From the NCBI GenBank assembly GCA_963702435.1, contig CAVPCR010000001.1:608001-672000 (forward strand): a stretch of 64,000 bases of DNA. The letters run 5' to 3'. Positions 37,705 to 47,760 of this stretch are shown piece by piece (the stretch's first letter is position 1; each line of letters starts with the position of its first letter). The stretch is from Candidatus Eiseniibacteriota bacterium (GTDB lineage Bacteria; Eisenbacteria; RBG-16-71-46; CAVPCR01). The notes under the pieces are model-generated. The model was not told the DNA's origin. It saw nothing but the letters and a program-made list of their open reading frames with translations, and ran no database searches. Both the position numbers and the translations under genes were made by a program.

Positions 37705-38895
37705 ATGACTCCTATGACTGAAGACCAGGTCCAGTTCCGCCGCTCCAAGCGGACACCCGGCCGCGCGGCGGCCTCCGGAGGGCCCTCCCCGGGGGGAGGT
37801 GCGCCCGGGCGGCCGAGCCTGCTCGGGGAACTGCCGGCGGACCTGGCCGCGACCATCGCCGGCCTTCCCGCCGGCGACGAGCCGTATCGCGCGCGACAGC
37901 TGTTCGGGTGGCTGCACGCCCGTCGCGCCCGCGACTTCGCCGCCATGACCAACCTCCCGGCCCTCCTCCGGACGAGCCTCGGCGAGCGGTTCACGGTCCC
38001 GGCCCTCACCCCGGTGGACGAGCAGAGCTCGGCGGAGACCGCCACCCGCAAGTTCGTGCTGGCCGCCGCGGACGGCGCCCGCATCGAGACCGTGCGCATC
38101 CAGACCCCGCACCGCGTCACGCTCTGCGTGTCCTCGCAGGTCGGATGCGGCTTCGGCTGCCGCTTCTGCCGCACCGCCGCGATGGGCTTCGTCCGGCAGC
38201 TCTCCGCCGCGGAGATCGTGGACCAGGTGCACACGGTCGCCGCCCTCGCCCCCCTGCCCGAGCGGGTGAACGTGGTGTTCATGGGCATGGGCGAGCCGCT
38301 CGCCAACTACGAGGCGGTGGTGCGGGCGATCGACATCCTCACGCACCGGGACGGTCTCGCCATGAGCCCGCGCCGGATCACGGTCTCGACGGTCGGCGTC
38401 GTGCCGGCCATCTTGCGCCTGGCGCGCGAGCGGCCCCGGGTTCGCCTTGCCGTCTCGCTCGGGGCGACCACCGACGAGACGCGGAGCGCGCTCCTGCCGG
38501 TGAACCGCCGCTACTCGCTCACCGCGCTCACGCGCGCGGTCGCAGAGCACGCCGAGCGCACGGGACAGCGCGCCACCTTCGAGTACGTGCTCCTCGCCGG
38601 CGTCAACGACACCACGGAGGACGCGCGCCGCCTCGTGCGCATCGCGAACCAGGTGCCGAGCAAGGTGAACCTGATCCCGTACAACCCGACCGGGCTCGCC
38701 GGCTTCGAGCGCGCGGACGATGCGAGCATGCAGCGCTTCGCCGACTACCTCGCGCCGCGCGTGGCGGCGGTCATCATCCGCCAGAGCCAGGGCAAGGATA
38801 TCTTCGCGGCGTGCGGGCAGCTGGCGCAGCCCGTCGCGAAGAGACCGCCCGCGAGCCGCCGGCGAGCCGGCGCCGCTCTCGGGACCGAACCTTAG
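37705..38895 (+). CDS. rlmN: 23S rRNA m2A2503 / tRNA methyltransferase RlmN (radical SAM)
   Basis: CVSSQVGCGFGCRFC, VFMGMGEP, FEYVLLAGVND, VNLIPYN and DIFAACGQL. Confidence 0.93.
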   Translation: MTPMTEDQVQFRRSKRTPGRAAASGGPSPGGGAPGRPSLLGELPADLAATIAGLPAGDEPYRARQLFGWLHARRARDFAAMTNLPALLRTSLGERFTVPALTPVDEQSSAETATRKFVLAAADGARIETVRIQTPHRVTLCVSSQVGCGFGCRFCRTAAMGFVRQLSAAEIVDQVHTVAALAPLPERVNVVFMGMGEPLANYEAVVRAIDILTHRDGLAMSPRRITVSTVGVVPAILRLARERPRVRLAVSLGATTDETRSALLPVNRRYSLTALTRAVAEHAERTGQRATFEYVLLAGVNDTTEDARRLVRIANQVPSKVNLIPYNPTGLAGFERADDASMQRFADYLAPRVAAVIIRQSQGKDIFAACGQLAQPVAKRPPASRRRAGAALGTEP

Positions 38896-38900
38896 GAGCC

Positions 38901-41453
38901 ATGGATCCGGGGGGCACGGGAGACCTGGGACGCGGGCGGCGGAAGGGCGGCATCTCGCTCCGCACGCGGCTCCTCGCCATCTTCATCGCTCTCGCCGTCG
39001 TCCCCTGTCTCACCCTGACCCTCGCCATCTCCGCGCGGCTCACCCGTTCGATCGAGTTCTGGGGCAATCCCGGCGTCGAGCGCACCGTGGACAGCTCGGT
39101 CGGCGCGGCCCGGGTGGCCCTGCGCGCGCTCAAGGACCATCTCCTCGCCGCGGTCGAGGGCATGGCCGAGGGGCAGGCGCCGCCCGGAGGGCTCGACATC
39201 CTCCGCACCTACGAGCGCGCGGGCGGGCGCTACGTCCTCCGCCAGGCCGAACCGGGAGCGGCCGGCCCGCTCATCTCCTCCGCGGAGATCGAGGCCGCCC
39301 TCGACGCGAGCCGCGTGATCGAGAAGCCGGAGGGGTATCTCCTCGCCATCGCGGCCCTCGATTCGGCGGCATTGCGCGTGATCGTCGGCGGTTACGCGAT
39401 GCCCCCCGAGCTCTTCGCACAGATCGCCGAGGCGCGCCGGGGCGCCAGCCTCTTCGACCGGCTCAAGCTCTACCTCGCCGTGTCGAAAGGATGGGTGTGG
39501 CTCTCGACCGGCTTCGTGGCCCTCCTCGTCGTCATCGCGGCGGTCATCCTGGCCCGTTTCATGGCCCGCGGGCTGACGCGGCCGATCGAGGATCTCGTGG
39601 GGGCGATGGAGCGGCTCGGCCGCGGCGAGCCGGTGCCGACGCTCGCCGAATCCGGTGACCCCGAGATGGCCTACCTCGTCGCCTCGTTCAACCGGATGGC
39701 GGCCGAGCTCGAACGGTCGCGGCGTGAGCTGCGGCGGGCGGAACGGCTCGCGGCCTGGCAGGACGTGGCGCGAAGAGTTGCGCACGAGATCAAGAATCCA
39801 CTGACGCCGATCCAGTTCGCGATCCATCGTCTGAAGAAGGAGCTGGCCGCGCCGGGAGCGCCCGCGCCCGAGGCAACGGGGTCCGCGGCAACGGGGTCCG
39901 CAGCAGCGGGGTCCGCGGCAGCGGGGTCCGCGGCGACCGCACCTGCCGCCGCCGGCAGCGGGACGGCCCGCACCGCCGCGCTCCACGAGTCGCTCGACGC
40001 CATCCTCGGCGAGGTGGAGAGCCTCCGCCACATGGCGGACGAGTTCTCGCGTCTCGCCAAGCTGCCCGCGCCCGAGCTCGCGCCGGTCGCCGTCGCGCCG
40101 CTCCTCCGGGAGGCGAGCGAGCTCTTCACCCACCCCGCGGTCGAGGTCCGGCTCGACCTCCCCCTCGATCTGCCGGAGGTCGAGGCCGACAGCCGCCTCC
40201 TCCGCCAGGTCTTCGCGAACCTGTTCAAGAACGCGATCGAGGCGATGCCCGATGGCGGCGTGCTCAGCGTGCGGGCCCGGCCGGCCGCCATGCCGGGCGG
40301 CGAGAGCGGCGTCGCGATCGAGATCGCCGACACGGGCCCCGGCGTCCCTTCCGAGATGCTCGACCGCGTGGGTGAGCCCTATCTCTCGACCAAGAAGGGC
40401 GGGAGCGGCATCGGGATCGCGGTCGTGATCAAGATCGTGCACGACCATCGCGGGCGCTTCGAGCTTTCGAACGTCGCCGCGGGAGGCGCCGTCGCCCGCG
40501 TGCTCCTGCCGGCCGGTCGCGGCGGCGAGGACGCGGCCCGTGACGTGACCCGCCGGGAGTCGCCCGCTCACCGCTCGCAGCGGGCCGCGCTCGGCGCTCT
40601 CGCGCTCGCCGGCAGCGCTGTCGCCACCCTCGCGCTCGCGAGCGGAACCGGCGGCGCGGGCGAGCTCCTGGCGATCGACCCCGCCGCCGAGCCGCTCGCG
40701 GCCCGGATCGAGACCCTCTTACCTCCCGACTGGGAGATCACCGCCGCCGCCGGCCAGCGCGCCCCGAGCCGCTGGCTCGGACCGGCGAACGCCGTCTACG
40801 TCCGGATCGAGGACACGACCGTCAACATCCACCACCCCGACGGCCACACGTACCATCCGTACATCAAGCTCTTCTTCTGCCCGCGTGGGTGGTCGGGCAC
40901 GATGGAGGAGACCGACTACTACGGGGACGTAACCCCGGCCTTCCTCCTCGGCCGCAACGGCATGTTCACGGTCTTCTACCAGACCGGGGGGCGTCTGACC
41001 TGGACCGACGCCTGGGCGGCGCTCGGCGAGGCCTTCGCGCTCGCGCCGCCGCGCGTCGGGCGCGACCTCCGGCTCGAGGTGGATGCGCTCGCGCACCGGC
41101 GGCTCGGGGAACGGCTGGCCGCGGTGCACACGGATCTCTCTCCCGATGTGCTCGGGCGGGTGACCGGCCTCGTCAAGAACGGGAGCCTCCTCTACCTCGA
41201 GTACTCGGCCCGCGTCAATGCGCCGCCCGCGACTCCGGGCGCGCCACCGCTCGACCCCGCGGTGAAGGGCCTCATCGAGCGCGAGGCCGGACTTCTCCTC
41301 GCCGAGGCCTTCCGGCTCTACCCCGAGCTCGAATGCGCCTACGTGCGCCGGCTCTGCGACAACCGGCTCTTCGACGCGCTCGTCGAGCGTTCCGCGAACG
41401 GCAGCGCGCTCGAGATGAAGGGCCCGGCGCGCGCCGGCGGGAGCGGTGGCTAG
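38901..41453 (+). CDS. NtrY-like HAMP sensor histidine kinase, running in frame into a second, secreted-looking hypothetical domain (from ~40545)
   Basis: Two TMs, HAMP, 'AWQDVARRVAHEIKNPLTPI', NAIEAM, DTGPG and GSGIGI. After the HATPase comes a signal-peptide-like segment and ~270 more aa. Confidence 0.85.
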   Translation: MDPGGTGDLGRGRRKGGISLRTRLLAIFIALAVVPCLTLTLAISARLTRSIEFWGNPGVERTVDSSVGAARVALRALKDHLLAAVEGMAEGQAPPGGLDILRTYERAGGRYVLRQAEPGAAGPLISSAEIEAALDASRVIEKPEGYLLAIAALDSAALRVIVGGYAMPPELFAQIAEARRGASLFDRLKLYLAVSKGWVWLSTGFVALLVVIAAVILARFMARGLTRPIEDLVGAMERLGRGEPVPTLAESGDPEMAYLVASFNRMAAELERSRRELRRAERLAAWQDVARRVAHEIKNPLTPIQFAIHRLKKELAAPGAPAPEATGSAATGSAAAGSAAAGSAATAPAAAGSGTARTAALHESLDAILGEVESLRHMADEFSRLAKLPAPELAPVAVAPLLREASELFTHPAVEVRLDLPLDLPEVEADSRLLRQVFANLFKNAIEAMPDGGVLSVRARPAAMPGGESGVAIEIADTGPGVPSEMLDRVGEPYLSTKKGGSGIGIAVVIKIVHDHRGRFELSNVAAGGAVARVLLPAGRGGEDAARDVTRRESPAHRSQRAALGALALAGSAVATLALASGTGGAGELLAIDPAAEPLAARIETLLPPDWEITAAAGQRAPSRWLGPANAVYVRIEDTTVNIHHPDGHTYHPYIKLFFCPRGWSGTMEETDYYGDVTPAFLLGRNGMFTVFYQTGGRLTWTDAWAALGEAFALAPPRVGRDLRLEVDALAHRRLGERLAAVHTDLSPDVLGRVTGLVKNGSLLYLEYSARVNAPPATPGAPPLDPAVKGLIEREAGLLLAEAFRLYPELECAYVRRLCDNRLFDALVERSANGSALEMKGPARAGGSGG
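39873..39932 (+). repeat. 15-bp coding tandem repeat x4 (ATGSA/AAGSA) inside the kinase dimerisation domain
   Basis: GCA(A/G)CGGGGTCCGC(G/A) x4. Confidence 0.85.
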
Positions 41454-41487
41454 CGTGGCCGACACAGCCCCGGACAGGTCCTGCCGC

Positions 41488-41952
41488 TCAGCCGTCTCCG
41501 CTCAGGCCGTCGACACCGCCGGCGACCAGGGCCTCGTGCACCGCGTCGAGAACGTGGCCGAGCGGCTTCCCGACGAGAGCCCGCGCCTCGTTGAAGGCGG
41601 CCCAGCGGCGCTGTCGCCACGATTCGAGCCAGTCGTCGGCGATCCCCTCGCAGGCGAGCGCGTAGACCCACACGTCCCAGGCGCGACCCCACTTGTGGCG
41701 CTCGAAACGGGCGAGCGGAGCCGCGGAGAGCCGCCCGCTCGCGCCGGCCTCCTCGTGGGCCTCGCGGAGGGCGGTCTCGGCCGGAGTGAATCCGGGATCG
41801 ACGATGCCCTTCGGGAAGATCCAGCGATCCCCGCTCGACGAGGTGACGAGAAGGTAGTAGATCATCCCGCCTTCTCTGCGGAAGGGCACCGCGCAGGCCT
41901 GCAGGTGGAGACCATCCGCGGGCGCACCCCGATCGTCCATCACTCCATTCAT
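41488..41952 (-). CDS. NUDIX hydrolase
   Basis: Nudix box GIVDPGFTPAETALREAHEEAG, preceded by WIFPKG. Start is uncertain (41952 or 41940). Confidence 0.88.
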   Translation of the reverse strand: MNGVMDDRGAPADGLHLQACAVPFRREGGMIYYLLVTSSSGDRWIFPKGIVDPGFTPAETALREAHEEAGASGRLSAAPLARFERHKWGRAWDVWVYALACEGIADDWLESWRQRRWAAFNEARALVGKPLGHVLDAVHEALVAGGVDGLSGDG

Positions 41953-42065
41953 CACGAGCGAGAGTACGGGCAAGGCGGGCCGCGGAGCAAGCGCTCCGGC
42001 GCCGCAGGGCCGCGGAGCAGGCGCGCCGGTGCGACACGGCCGGCGCCGCGCGGGCATCTCGAACC

Positions 42066-43130
42066 ATGAAGGCGAAGCCGGCGACGACGAGCGAGGCCAA
42101 GGCGCGGCGCGGCCGCCTCGCCCTCGGCATCGACCTGGGCGCGACCAAGATCCTGGCGCTCGTCATCGATCGCCGGGGCCGCGTGCTGGGCCGCGCCCGC
42201 GAGCGGACGCGCGGAGAAGAGGGTGTCGCGCCCGTCGTCGCCCGCATCGCCCATGCCGCCCGCTTCGCGCTGCGCAGGGCCGGCGTGACGCGGCGGCGGA
42301 TCGGGGCGGCCGGCATCGCCGCCCCCGGCGTCATCGATCCAGTCCGCGGCCTCGTCCGCACCGCGCCGAACCTCCCCGGATGGGAGGACGTGCCGCTCGC
42401 CGCCCTCCTCGGCGAGGCGGTCGGGCTGCCCTTCGCGCTCGAGAACGACGCCAATGCCGGTGCGCTCGCCGAGCATCACCTTGGCTCCGGTCGCGGCGCC
42501 GGCGATCTGGTCGCCATCTTCGTCGGCACCGGGATCGGCGGCGGCCTCGTCCTCGACGGGAGGATCCACGAGGGCGCGCGACTCGCGGCCGGGGAGCTCG
42601 GCCACATGGTGATCGCCGCCGACGGTCCGCTCTGCGGATGCGGGCAACGCGGTTGCGTCGAGGCTCTGGCCGGCCGGAACGGCATCGCGCGAGCGCTCCG
42701 CGCCGCGGTGGCGGCGGGTCGTGCATCGCGCCTCGCCCCCCTCGTCGCCGCGGAGGCGGCCGGAGGGGACATGCTGCGCTCGAACGCCATCGCCGACGCG
42801 TACCGCGCGCGCGATCCGCTCACCTGCGAGGTCCTCGCCGGCGCCCAGGCCGCCCTCGGCCTCCTCACGGCGAACGTCGTGAACCTGCTCGACCCCGGCG
42901 TCGTGGTCTTCGGCGGCGGACTCATCGAGGCGCTCGGCCCGCGCTTCGTGGTCGGGATCCGGCGCGCCGCCCGCCCGCGCTTCCTCCTCAAGGACGACGT
43001 GCGGAGCGTGCGCATCACGATGGCCCGGCTCGGCGATGATGCGGTCGCCCTCGGTGCGGGGCTCGCCGCGCGTGCCGCCGCGTCCGGGGACGCCGGGATG
43101 CGCCCCGCGCGCCGGAATCCGTTGCGCTAG
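42066..43130 (+). CDS. ROK family glucokinase
   Basis: GIDLGATK, ENDANAGA, GTGIGGG, GELGH and CGCGQRGCVE. Confidence 0.92.
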   Translation: MKAKPATTSEAKARRGRLALGIDLGATKILALVIDRRGRVLGRARERTRGEEGVAPVVARIAHAARFALRRAGVTRRRIGAAGIAAPGVIDPVRGLVRTAPNLPGWEDVPLAALLGEAVGLPFALENDANAGALAEHHLGSGRGAGDLVAIFVGTGIGGGLVLDGRIHEGARLAAGELGHMVIAADGPLCGCGQRGCVEALAGRNGIARALRAAVAAGRASRLAPLVAAEAAGGDMLRSNAIADAYRARDPLTCEVLAGAQAALGLLTANVVNLLDPGVVVFGGGLIEALGPRFVVGIRRAARPRFLLKDDVRSVRITMARLGDDAVALGAGLAARAAASGDAGMRPARRNPLR

Positions 43131-43139
43131 AATCGCGCC

Positions 43140-44444
43140 GTGGAAACGATCCGCCCGCGCGGAGGGCACGCCGCGCACGTCCTCCTCGTCCTCGCCGTCG
43201 TCCTCCCTCTCCTCTGGTCCGCGCTCGCGGCCGGGCTCGCCGCGCGCGGCAACCGCGATCCGGGATGGCGGGAGCGCGTGCTCCGCCACTTCACACCCGA
43301 GGATGTGGAGCGCGGTCGCGCCTACCGCGCGGCCTTCATCCCGGGCGGCGTCGCGCGGAGCGCCATCGTCGCCGGCATCCTCGCGCTCTGTCTCTTCGCG
43401 GGCGGCGGGCAATGGCTCGCCGAGCGCGCCGGGGGGTGGAGCGGGGGACGCACGGCCCTCGCCGCCGCGCTGGTCATGCTCGCGCTCGGCCTCGCGCTCC
43501 GCCTCGCCCAGCTCCCGATCGACTTCTACCACGGCTACGTCCTCGAAGGCCGCTTCGGCTTCCGCCGGCTGGATCTCCTGCCATGGCTCTGGCGTCTGGC
43601 AAAGAGCCACGCGATCGCGATCGCGATCGAGGTCCTCCTCGTCGCCGCGCTCTTCGCGCTCATCAGCCGCTTGCCGCGCGCCTGGCCCGCGGTCGCCACG
43701 GTGGCCGGCGCCGCCGCCACCTTCGTCTTCGCGATCGCCTGGCAAGCAGTCGTGCTGCCGCTCTTCTTCCACGTGTCGCCGCTTCCGGCGGGGCCGCTCC
43801 GGGACGGGGTCTCCGCTCTCGCAGCCCGCGCCGGCGTGCCCGTCCGGGAGATCCGCGTCATCGATCAGAGCCGGGTCTCGGCGCACACGAACGCCTTCTT
43901 CACGGGCATCGGCAGCCGCCGCGAGATCTACCTCTACGACACGCTGAGCGAGCAGCACGACGTGCCCGAAGTGCTCGCGGTCGTCGCCCACGAGATCGGA
44001 CACTGGCAACACCAGCATGTGCTCAAGGGCTGGGCGCTCGCAGTGCTCGGCATGGCGATCGGCTTCTTCCTGCTGTCCGGGCTCCTCGCGCAACCGGCCT
44101 TCCGCGCCGCGGCGCGCCTCGACGGCCCGGCCGATCCGGCCCTCGTGCCCGTGCTCTTCGCGCTCGTCGCCTGCGTCTCGATCCTCACCGCGCCGATCGA
44201 GAACGCGGTGAGCCGCCGCTTCGAGCGGGAGTCCGACCGCGCCTCGCTCGCGCTCACCGCCGATCCCGAGACGTTCATCCGGATGAAGGTCGCGATGGCG
44301 CGCGGGAACCGGAGCCACCTCCTCCCGCACCCGTTTCTCGTGTTCTGGAACGCGACCCATCCGCCCGTGATCGAGCGGATCGAGATGGCGGCGGCCCGGG
44401 CGGGCGGCACCGCGGCCGACAAGCCGGCGAAATCTCCCCCTTGA
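43140..44444 (+). CDS. M48 family (Ste24/CAAX-like) membrane metalloprotease
   Basis: Multi-TM; NAFFTG, YDTL, HEIGH, SRRFERESD and THPPVIERI. Confidence 0.9.
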   Translation: METIRPRGGHAAHVLLVLAVVLPLLWSALAAGLAARGNRDPGWRERVLRHFTPEDVERGRAYRAAFIPGGVARSAIVAGILALCLFAGGGQWLAERAGGWSGGRTALAAALVMLALGLALRLAQLPIDFYHGYVLEGRFGFRRLDLLPWLWRLAKSHAIAIAIEVLLVAALFALISRLPRAWPAVATVAGAAATFVFAIAWQAVVLPLFFHVSPLPAGPLRDGVSALAARAGVPVREIRVIDQSRVSAHTNAFFTGIGSRREIYLYDTLSEQHDVPEVLAVVAHEIGHWQHQHVLKGWALAVLGMAIGFFLLSGLLAQPAFRAAARLDGPADPALVPVLFALVACVSILTAPIENAVSRRFERESDRASLALTADPETFIRMKVAMARGNRSHLLPHPFLVFWNATHPPVIERIEMAAARAGGTAADKPAKSPP

Positions 44445-44528
44445 TCCCGGACCGGGCGGTCTGGTGAGATACAGTAAGGCGGCGGCCCGAACTGGGACGT
44501 GGCCACAGACGAACGGTGAGGAGAGAGC

Positions 44529-44846
44529 ATGGATTTTCATCAACTGCACAAGACGCGGGTGATCGAGCTGCGCGAGATGGCGGCGAAGTACGGGGTCGAG
44601 GGCGTCTCGGCCATGAAGAAGGAACAGCTCGTCGACTTCCTCGCCGGGAAGCTCGGCATCGACCGCCACGCCCACGGCGCCCTCGGCATCAACAAGGCGG
44701 CGGTCAAGAAGCAGCTCCACGACCTCAAGCAGAAGCGCGACGAGGCGATCACGGCGCACGACGCCAAGGCGCTCAAGATGGCCCGGCGCAAGCGCCAGCG
44801 CCTGAAGCGGGAGATCCGGCGGGCGATCGTGCGCGCGGCCCGCTAG
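44529..44846 (+). CDS. Small basic helical protein (Rho N-terminal/HeH-like first domain)
   Basis: 'LHKTRVIELREMAAKYGVEGVSAMKKEQLV' resembles the Rho_N helix bundle; K/R-rich coiled C-terminus; GAGGAG RBS. Confidence 0.65.
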   Translation: MDFHQLHKTRVIELREMAAKYGVEGVSAMKKEQLVDFLAGKLGIDRHAHGALGINKAAVKKQLHDLKQKRDEAITAHDAKALKMARRKRQRLKREIRRAIVRAAR

Positions 44847-44862
44847 CCGCCGCGAGCTGCCG

Positions 44863-45318
44863 CTAGCCGCCGAGGCGCGCCTTGACGAGCGCCTGCACGT
44901 CCCTGCCGTTCACGCGCGAGCCGTGCTCGCCGAGGACGAGCTTCATCACGGCGCCCATGTCCCTGGCGCTCGCGGCGCCGGCGCGCCGGATCGCGTCGTC
45001 CACGAGCGCCGCGAGGGCGGCGCCGGTGATCGGCTCGGGCAGGTAGGCGCGCAGGAGCTCGAGCTCGCGCTCCTCCTTCACGGCGAGGTCCTCGCGCCCG
45101 CCGCGCCGGAACTGCTCGATCGAGTCCGCGCGCATCCTGGCGCCGCGCGTGAGGACGGCGAGCTCGTCGTCCGCGGTCAGATCCGCCCCCTTCTGGATCC
45201 GCGCGTTCTTGAGATCGGCGATGAGGAGGCGGATGAGGCCGACGCGGTCGGCCGCGCGCGCCTTCATCGCCACCTTGAGCTCCTCGCTCAGACGATCGGT
45301 CAGACGTTCGCTCGGCAT
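44863..45318 (-). CDS. GatB/YqeY domain protein
   Basis: 'ELKVAMKAR...DSIEQFRRGGREDLAVKEERELELLRAYLP...DMGAVMK'. Confidence 0.9.
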   Translation of the reverse strand: MPSERLTDRLSEELKVAMKARAADRVGLIRLLIADLKNARIQKGADLTADDELAVLTRGARMRADSIEQFRRGGREDLAVKEERELELLRAYLPEPITGAALAALVDDAIRRAGAASARDMGAVMKLVLGEHGSRVNGRDVQALVKARLGG

Positions 45319-45429
45319 CTCTGGTCCCTCCGCCGGCCGACTATAGGCACGCGCCCCAACCCGCGCAACCGCGGCGGGCGGCGGGTAGGCGGGCAGGCGG
45401 CAGCGGACCGAAGCCTGTATACTCGTGCG

Positions 45430-47664
45430 ATGGGAATCCACTACCAAGCTGTCTCGATCGCCCTCGCGGCGATGCTCCTCCTCCCGGCCCCCGGCCGCGC
45501 CGCCGTCCGCCTCCTCACCCGCGAGATCGAGCCCGCGCGCTCCCCCGCCGCCGTGGCGGCCGCGCTCGACGCGTCCGCGCCCGCGCGCCGGGTGCTCGTC
45601 CTCGAGCCCGCGGATCGCCCGGCCCGGCGCGCCGCGCTCGAGGCGCTCGGCGTCCGCTTCCACCAGTACCTGCCGGACAACGCGTTCGCGGTGACGATCC
45701 CGGCCGCGCTGTCGCCGGCGGCGGCGGGCCTCGTGGACGGAGTCGCAACGCTCGCGCCGGCCGACAAGGTGCACCCCTCGCTCCTCTCGACGGGCATCGA
45801 TGCCTGGGCGCTGGCCCCTGATGGGCGGGCCGTCCTCGAGGTCCGCTTCCATCCCGACGTCGCGGACGCGGACGCGCGAGCGCTGCTCGCCGCGCTCGGC
45901 ACCGAGCTCATCGCCGTGCTCCTCCCCCATCATCGCTACACGGTCCTCGCCGCAGCGGATCGGCTCCTCGCCATCGCGGCGGCGGACGAGGTCGCCTTCG
46001 TGGACGAGATCGCGCCCCCGGTCGAGCTCGAGAACGACGGCTCGCGCGGGCTCATTCGCGCCGGCACGGTGCAGGACCCGCCCTACGGATTGAGCGGCGC
46101 CGACATCGATGTCGCGGTCGTCGACGGCGGGCGCATCGATCCCGGCCATCCCGATTTCACGGGGCGCCTGACCGTCGTCGACAACGTCTCGACGAACGAC
46201 CATTCGACCCATGTCGCCGGCACGCTCGGCGGGACCGGGGTCAACTCGCCGGCGTACGGGGGCGCGCCCGGCCAGTGGCGCGGCATGGCGCCGGGGGCGC
46301 GCATCTACTCCTACTCGTACTCGAACCATCTGTCCAAGTACGCGGGCATCGTGAACACCTACGGCGTCGAGATCACGACCAACTCCTGGGGCACCGGGGT
46401 CTCCGGCTCGAACTGCGCGATCTACGGCGACTATCGCTTCGACGCGCCGGCCCTCGACCAGATCGTGACTGGGCTCCACGGCCGCCGCATCAACATCACC
46501 TTCTCCGGCGGCAACGAGCGCAACGACTGCGACTGCGGCATGAGCTGCACACCGCCGTATGTGAACTTCGCCAACGTGAACCCGCCGAAGCCGGCCAAGA
46601 ACCTGATCGTGGTCGGCGCCCTCAACTCGAATGACGCGTCGATGACCGATTTCTCGAGCTGGGGACCGGTCGACGACGGCCGCCTGAAGCCCGAGGTGGT
46701 CGCCGCCGGCGACGAGGTGGGCGGCGACGGGGCCATCAAGTCGCCGGTGCCCGGCGGCGGCTACGGGGTGATGAGCGGCACCTCGATGGCGGCCCCGGCG
46801 GGGACCGGTGCAGCAGCGCTCGTCATGGAGCGCCAGCGCGCGGTGACCGGTCTCCATCCCTGGCCCTCCACCGTGCGCGGGCTCCTCATGCACACGGCGG
46901 TCGACCTCTTCAACCCGGGGCCCGACTACCGGAGCGGCTACGGGCTCATCGATCTCGTCGCCGCCGTGGCGGCGATCGACGCGCGCACCGGGCGCGAGGA
47001 GAACCTGGTCCAGGACGACGTGCTCGAGTTCCCGCTCGAGGTGACCGCGCCCGGCCCGCTCAAGGTCACGATCGCCTGGGACGATCCGGCGGGCGCCGAG
47101 AATGCGGCGATCGCGCTGGTCAACGATCTGGACCTCGAGCTCGTGGATCCGCTGGCCGCGGTGCACCAGCCGTGGGTGCTCGCGCCGGCCACCCCCGACC
47201 TCCCGGCGACCCGCGGCGTCGACCGGCGGAACAACGTCGAGCAGGTCTACGTGGCCGAGCCCGCGCCCGGCCAGTGGACCGTCCGCGTGCGCGGCACCAA
47301 CGTCCCCGCGGGACCGCAGCCGGTCTCGATCTGGGGGCTTCCCGAGCCGGGGAGCCAGGCTCTCGCCGCCGTCGTCCCCGCCGGGCGCGGGCTCGCGCTC
47401 GCGGCCGATCCGAACCCGTTCGTCACGGCGACCATCCTCCGCTTCACGCTCGAGAACCCGGACGACGTGCGGCTCCGCATCCTCGACGCCGCGGGCCGCG
47501 TGGTCTCGGACCTGGCCGCTCGCCGGTTCGCCGCCGGGGCCCAGGCCGTCGCCTGGGACGGGCGGAACGCGCGCGGCGAGCGGGTGGCGCCCGGGGTCTA
47601 CCTCGCCGAGATCGAGGCGGGCGGACTCCGGGAATCCGCGAAGCTCCTCGTCGCGCCGCGCTAG
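45430..47664 (+). CDS. Secreted S8 subtilase with a beta-sandwich domain and FlgD-Ig/T9SS-like C-terminal domain
   Basis: VAVVDGG, HSTHVAG, GTSMAAP, DGRLKPE, NDLDL and NNVEQV; C-terminal 'DPNPF...WDGRNARGERVAPGVY'. Confidence 0.9.
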   Translation: MGIHYQAVSIALAAMLLLPAPGRAAVRLLTREIEPARSPAAVAAALDASAPARRVLVLEPADRPARRAALEALGVRFHQYLPDNAFAVTIPAALSPAAAGLVDGVATLAPADKVHPSLLSTGIDAWALAPDGRAVLEVRFHPDVADADARALLAALGTELIAVLLPHHRYTVLAAADRLLAIAAADEVAFVDEIAPPVELENDGSRGLIRAGTVQDPPYGLSGADIDVAVVDGGRIDPGHPDFTGRLTVVDNVSTNDHSTHVAGTLGGTGVNSPAYGGAPGQWRGMAPGARIYSYSYSNHLSKYAGIVNTYGVEITTNSWGTGVSGSNCAIYGDYRFDAPALDQIVTGLHGRRINITFSGGNERNDCDCGMSCTPPYVNFANVNPPKPAKNLIVVGALNSNDASMTDFSSWGPVDDGRLKPEVVAAGDEVGGDGAIKSPVPGGGYGVMSGTSMAAPAGTGAAALVMERQRAVTGLHPWPSTVRGLLMHTAVDLFNPGPDYRSGYGLIDLVAAVAAIDARTGREENLVQDDVLEFPLEVTAPGPLKVTIAWDDPAGAENAAIALVNDLDLELVDPLAAVHQPWVLAPATPDLPATRGVDRRNNVEQVYVAEPAPGQWTVRVRGTNVPAGPQPVSIWGLPEPGSQALAAVVPAGRGLALAADPNPFVTATILRFTLENPDDVRLRILDAAGRVVSDLAARRFAAGAQAVAWDGRNARGERVAPGVYLAEIEAGGLRESAKLLVAPR

Positions 47665-47760
47665 CTCGCGAACCATCCGGCCGATAGGAGTGTTAGAGTG
47701 ATGTCCTCGGGACCCGGCCGGCGGCCGGGTCCCGGTTTTCTCCACCGCAGCAGATCCTGG

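Noticed and set aside
37705..38895. Cfr antibiotic-resistance methyltransferase
   Set aside because: Housekeeping context with no mobile element, and the motifs fit RlmN. A phylogeny would be needed for strict exclusion.
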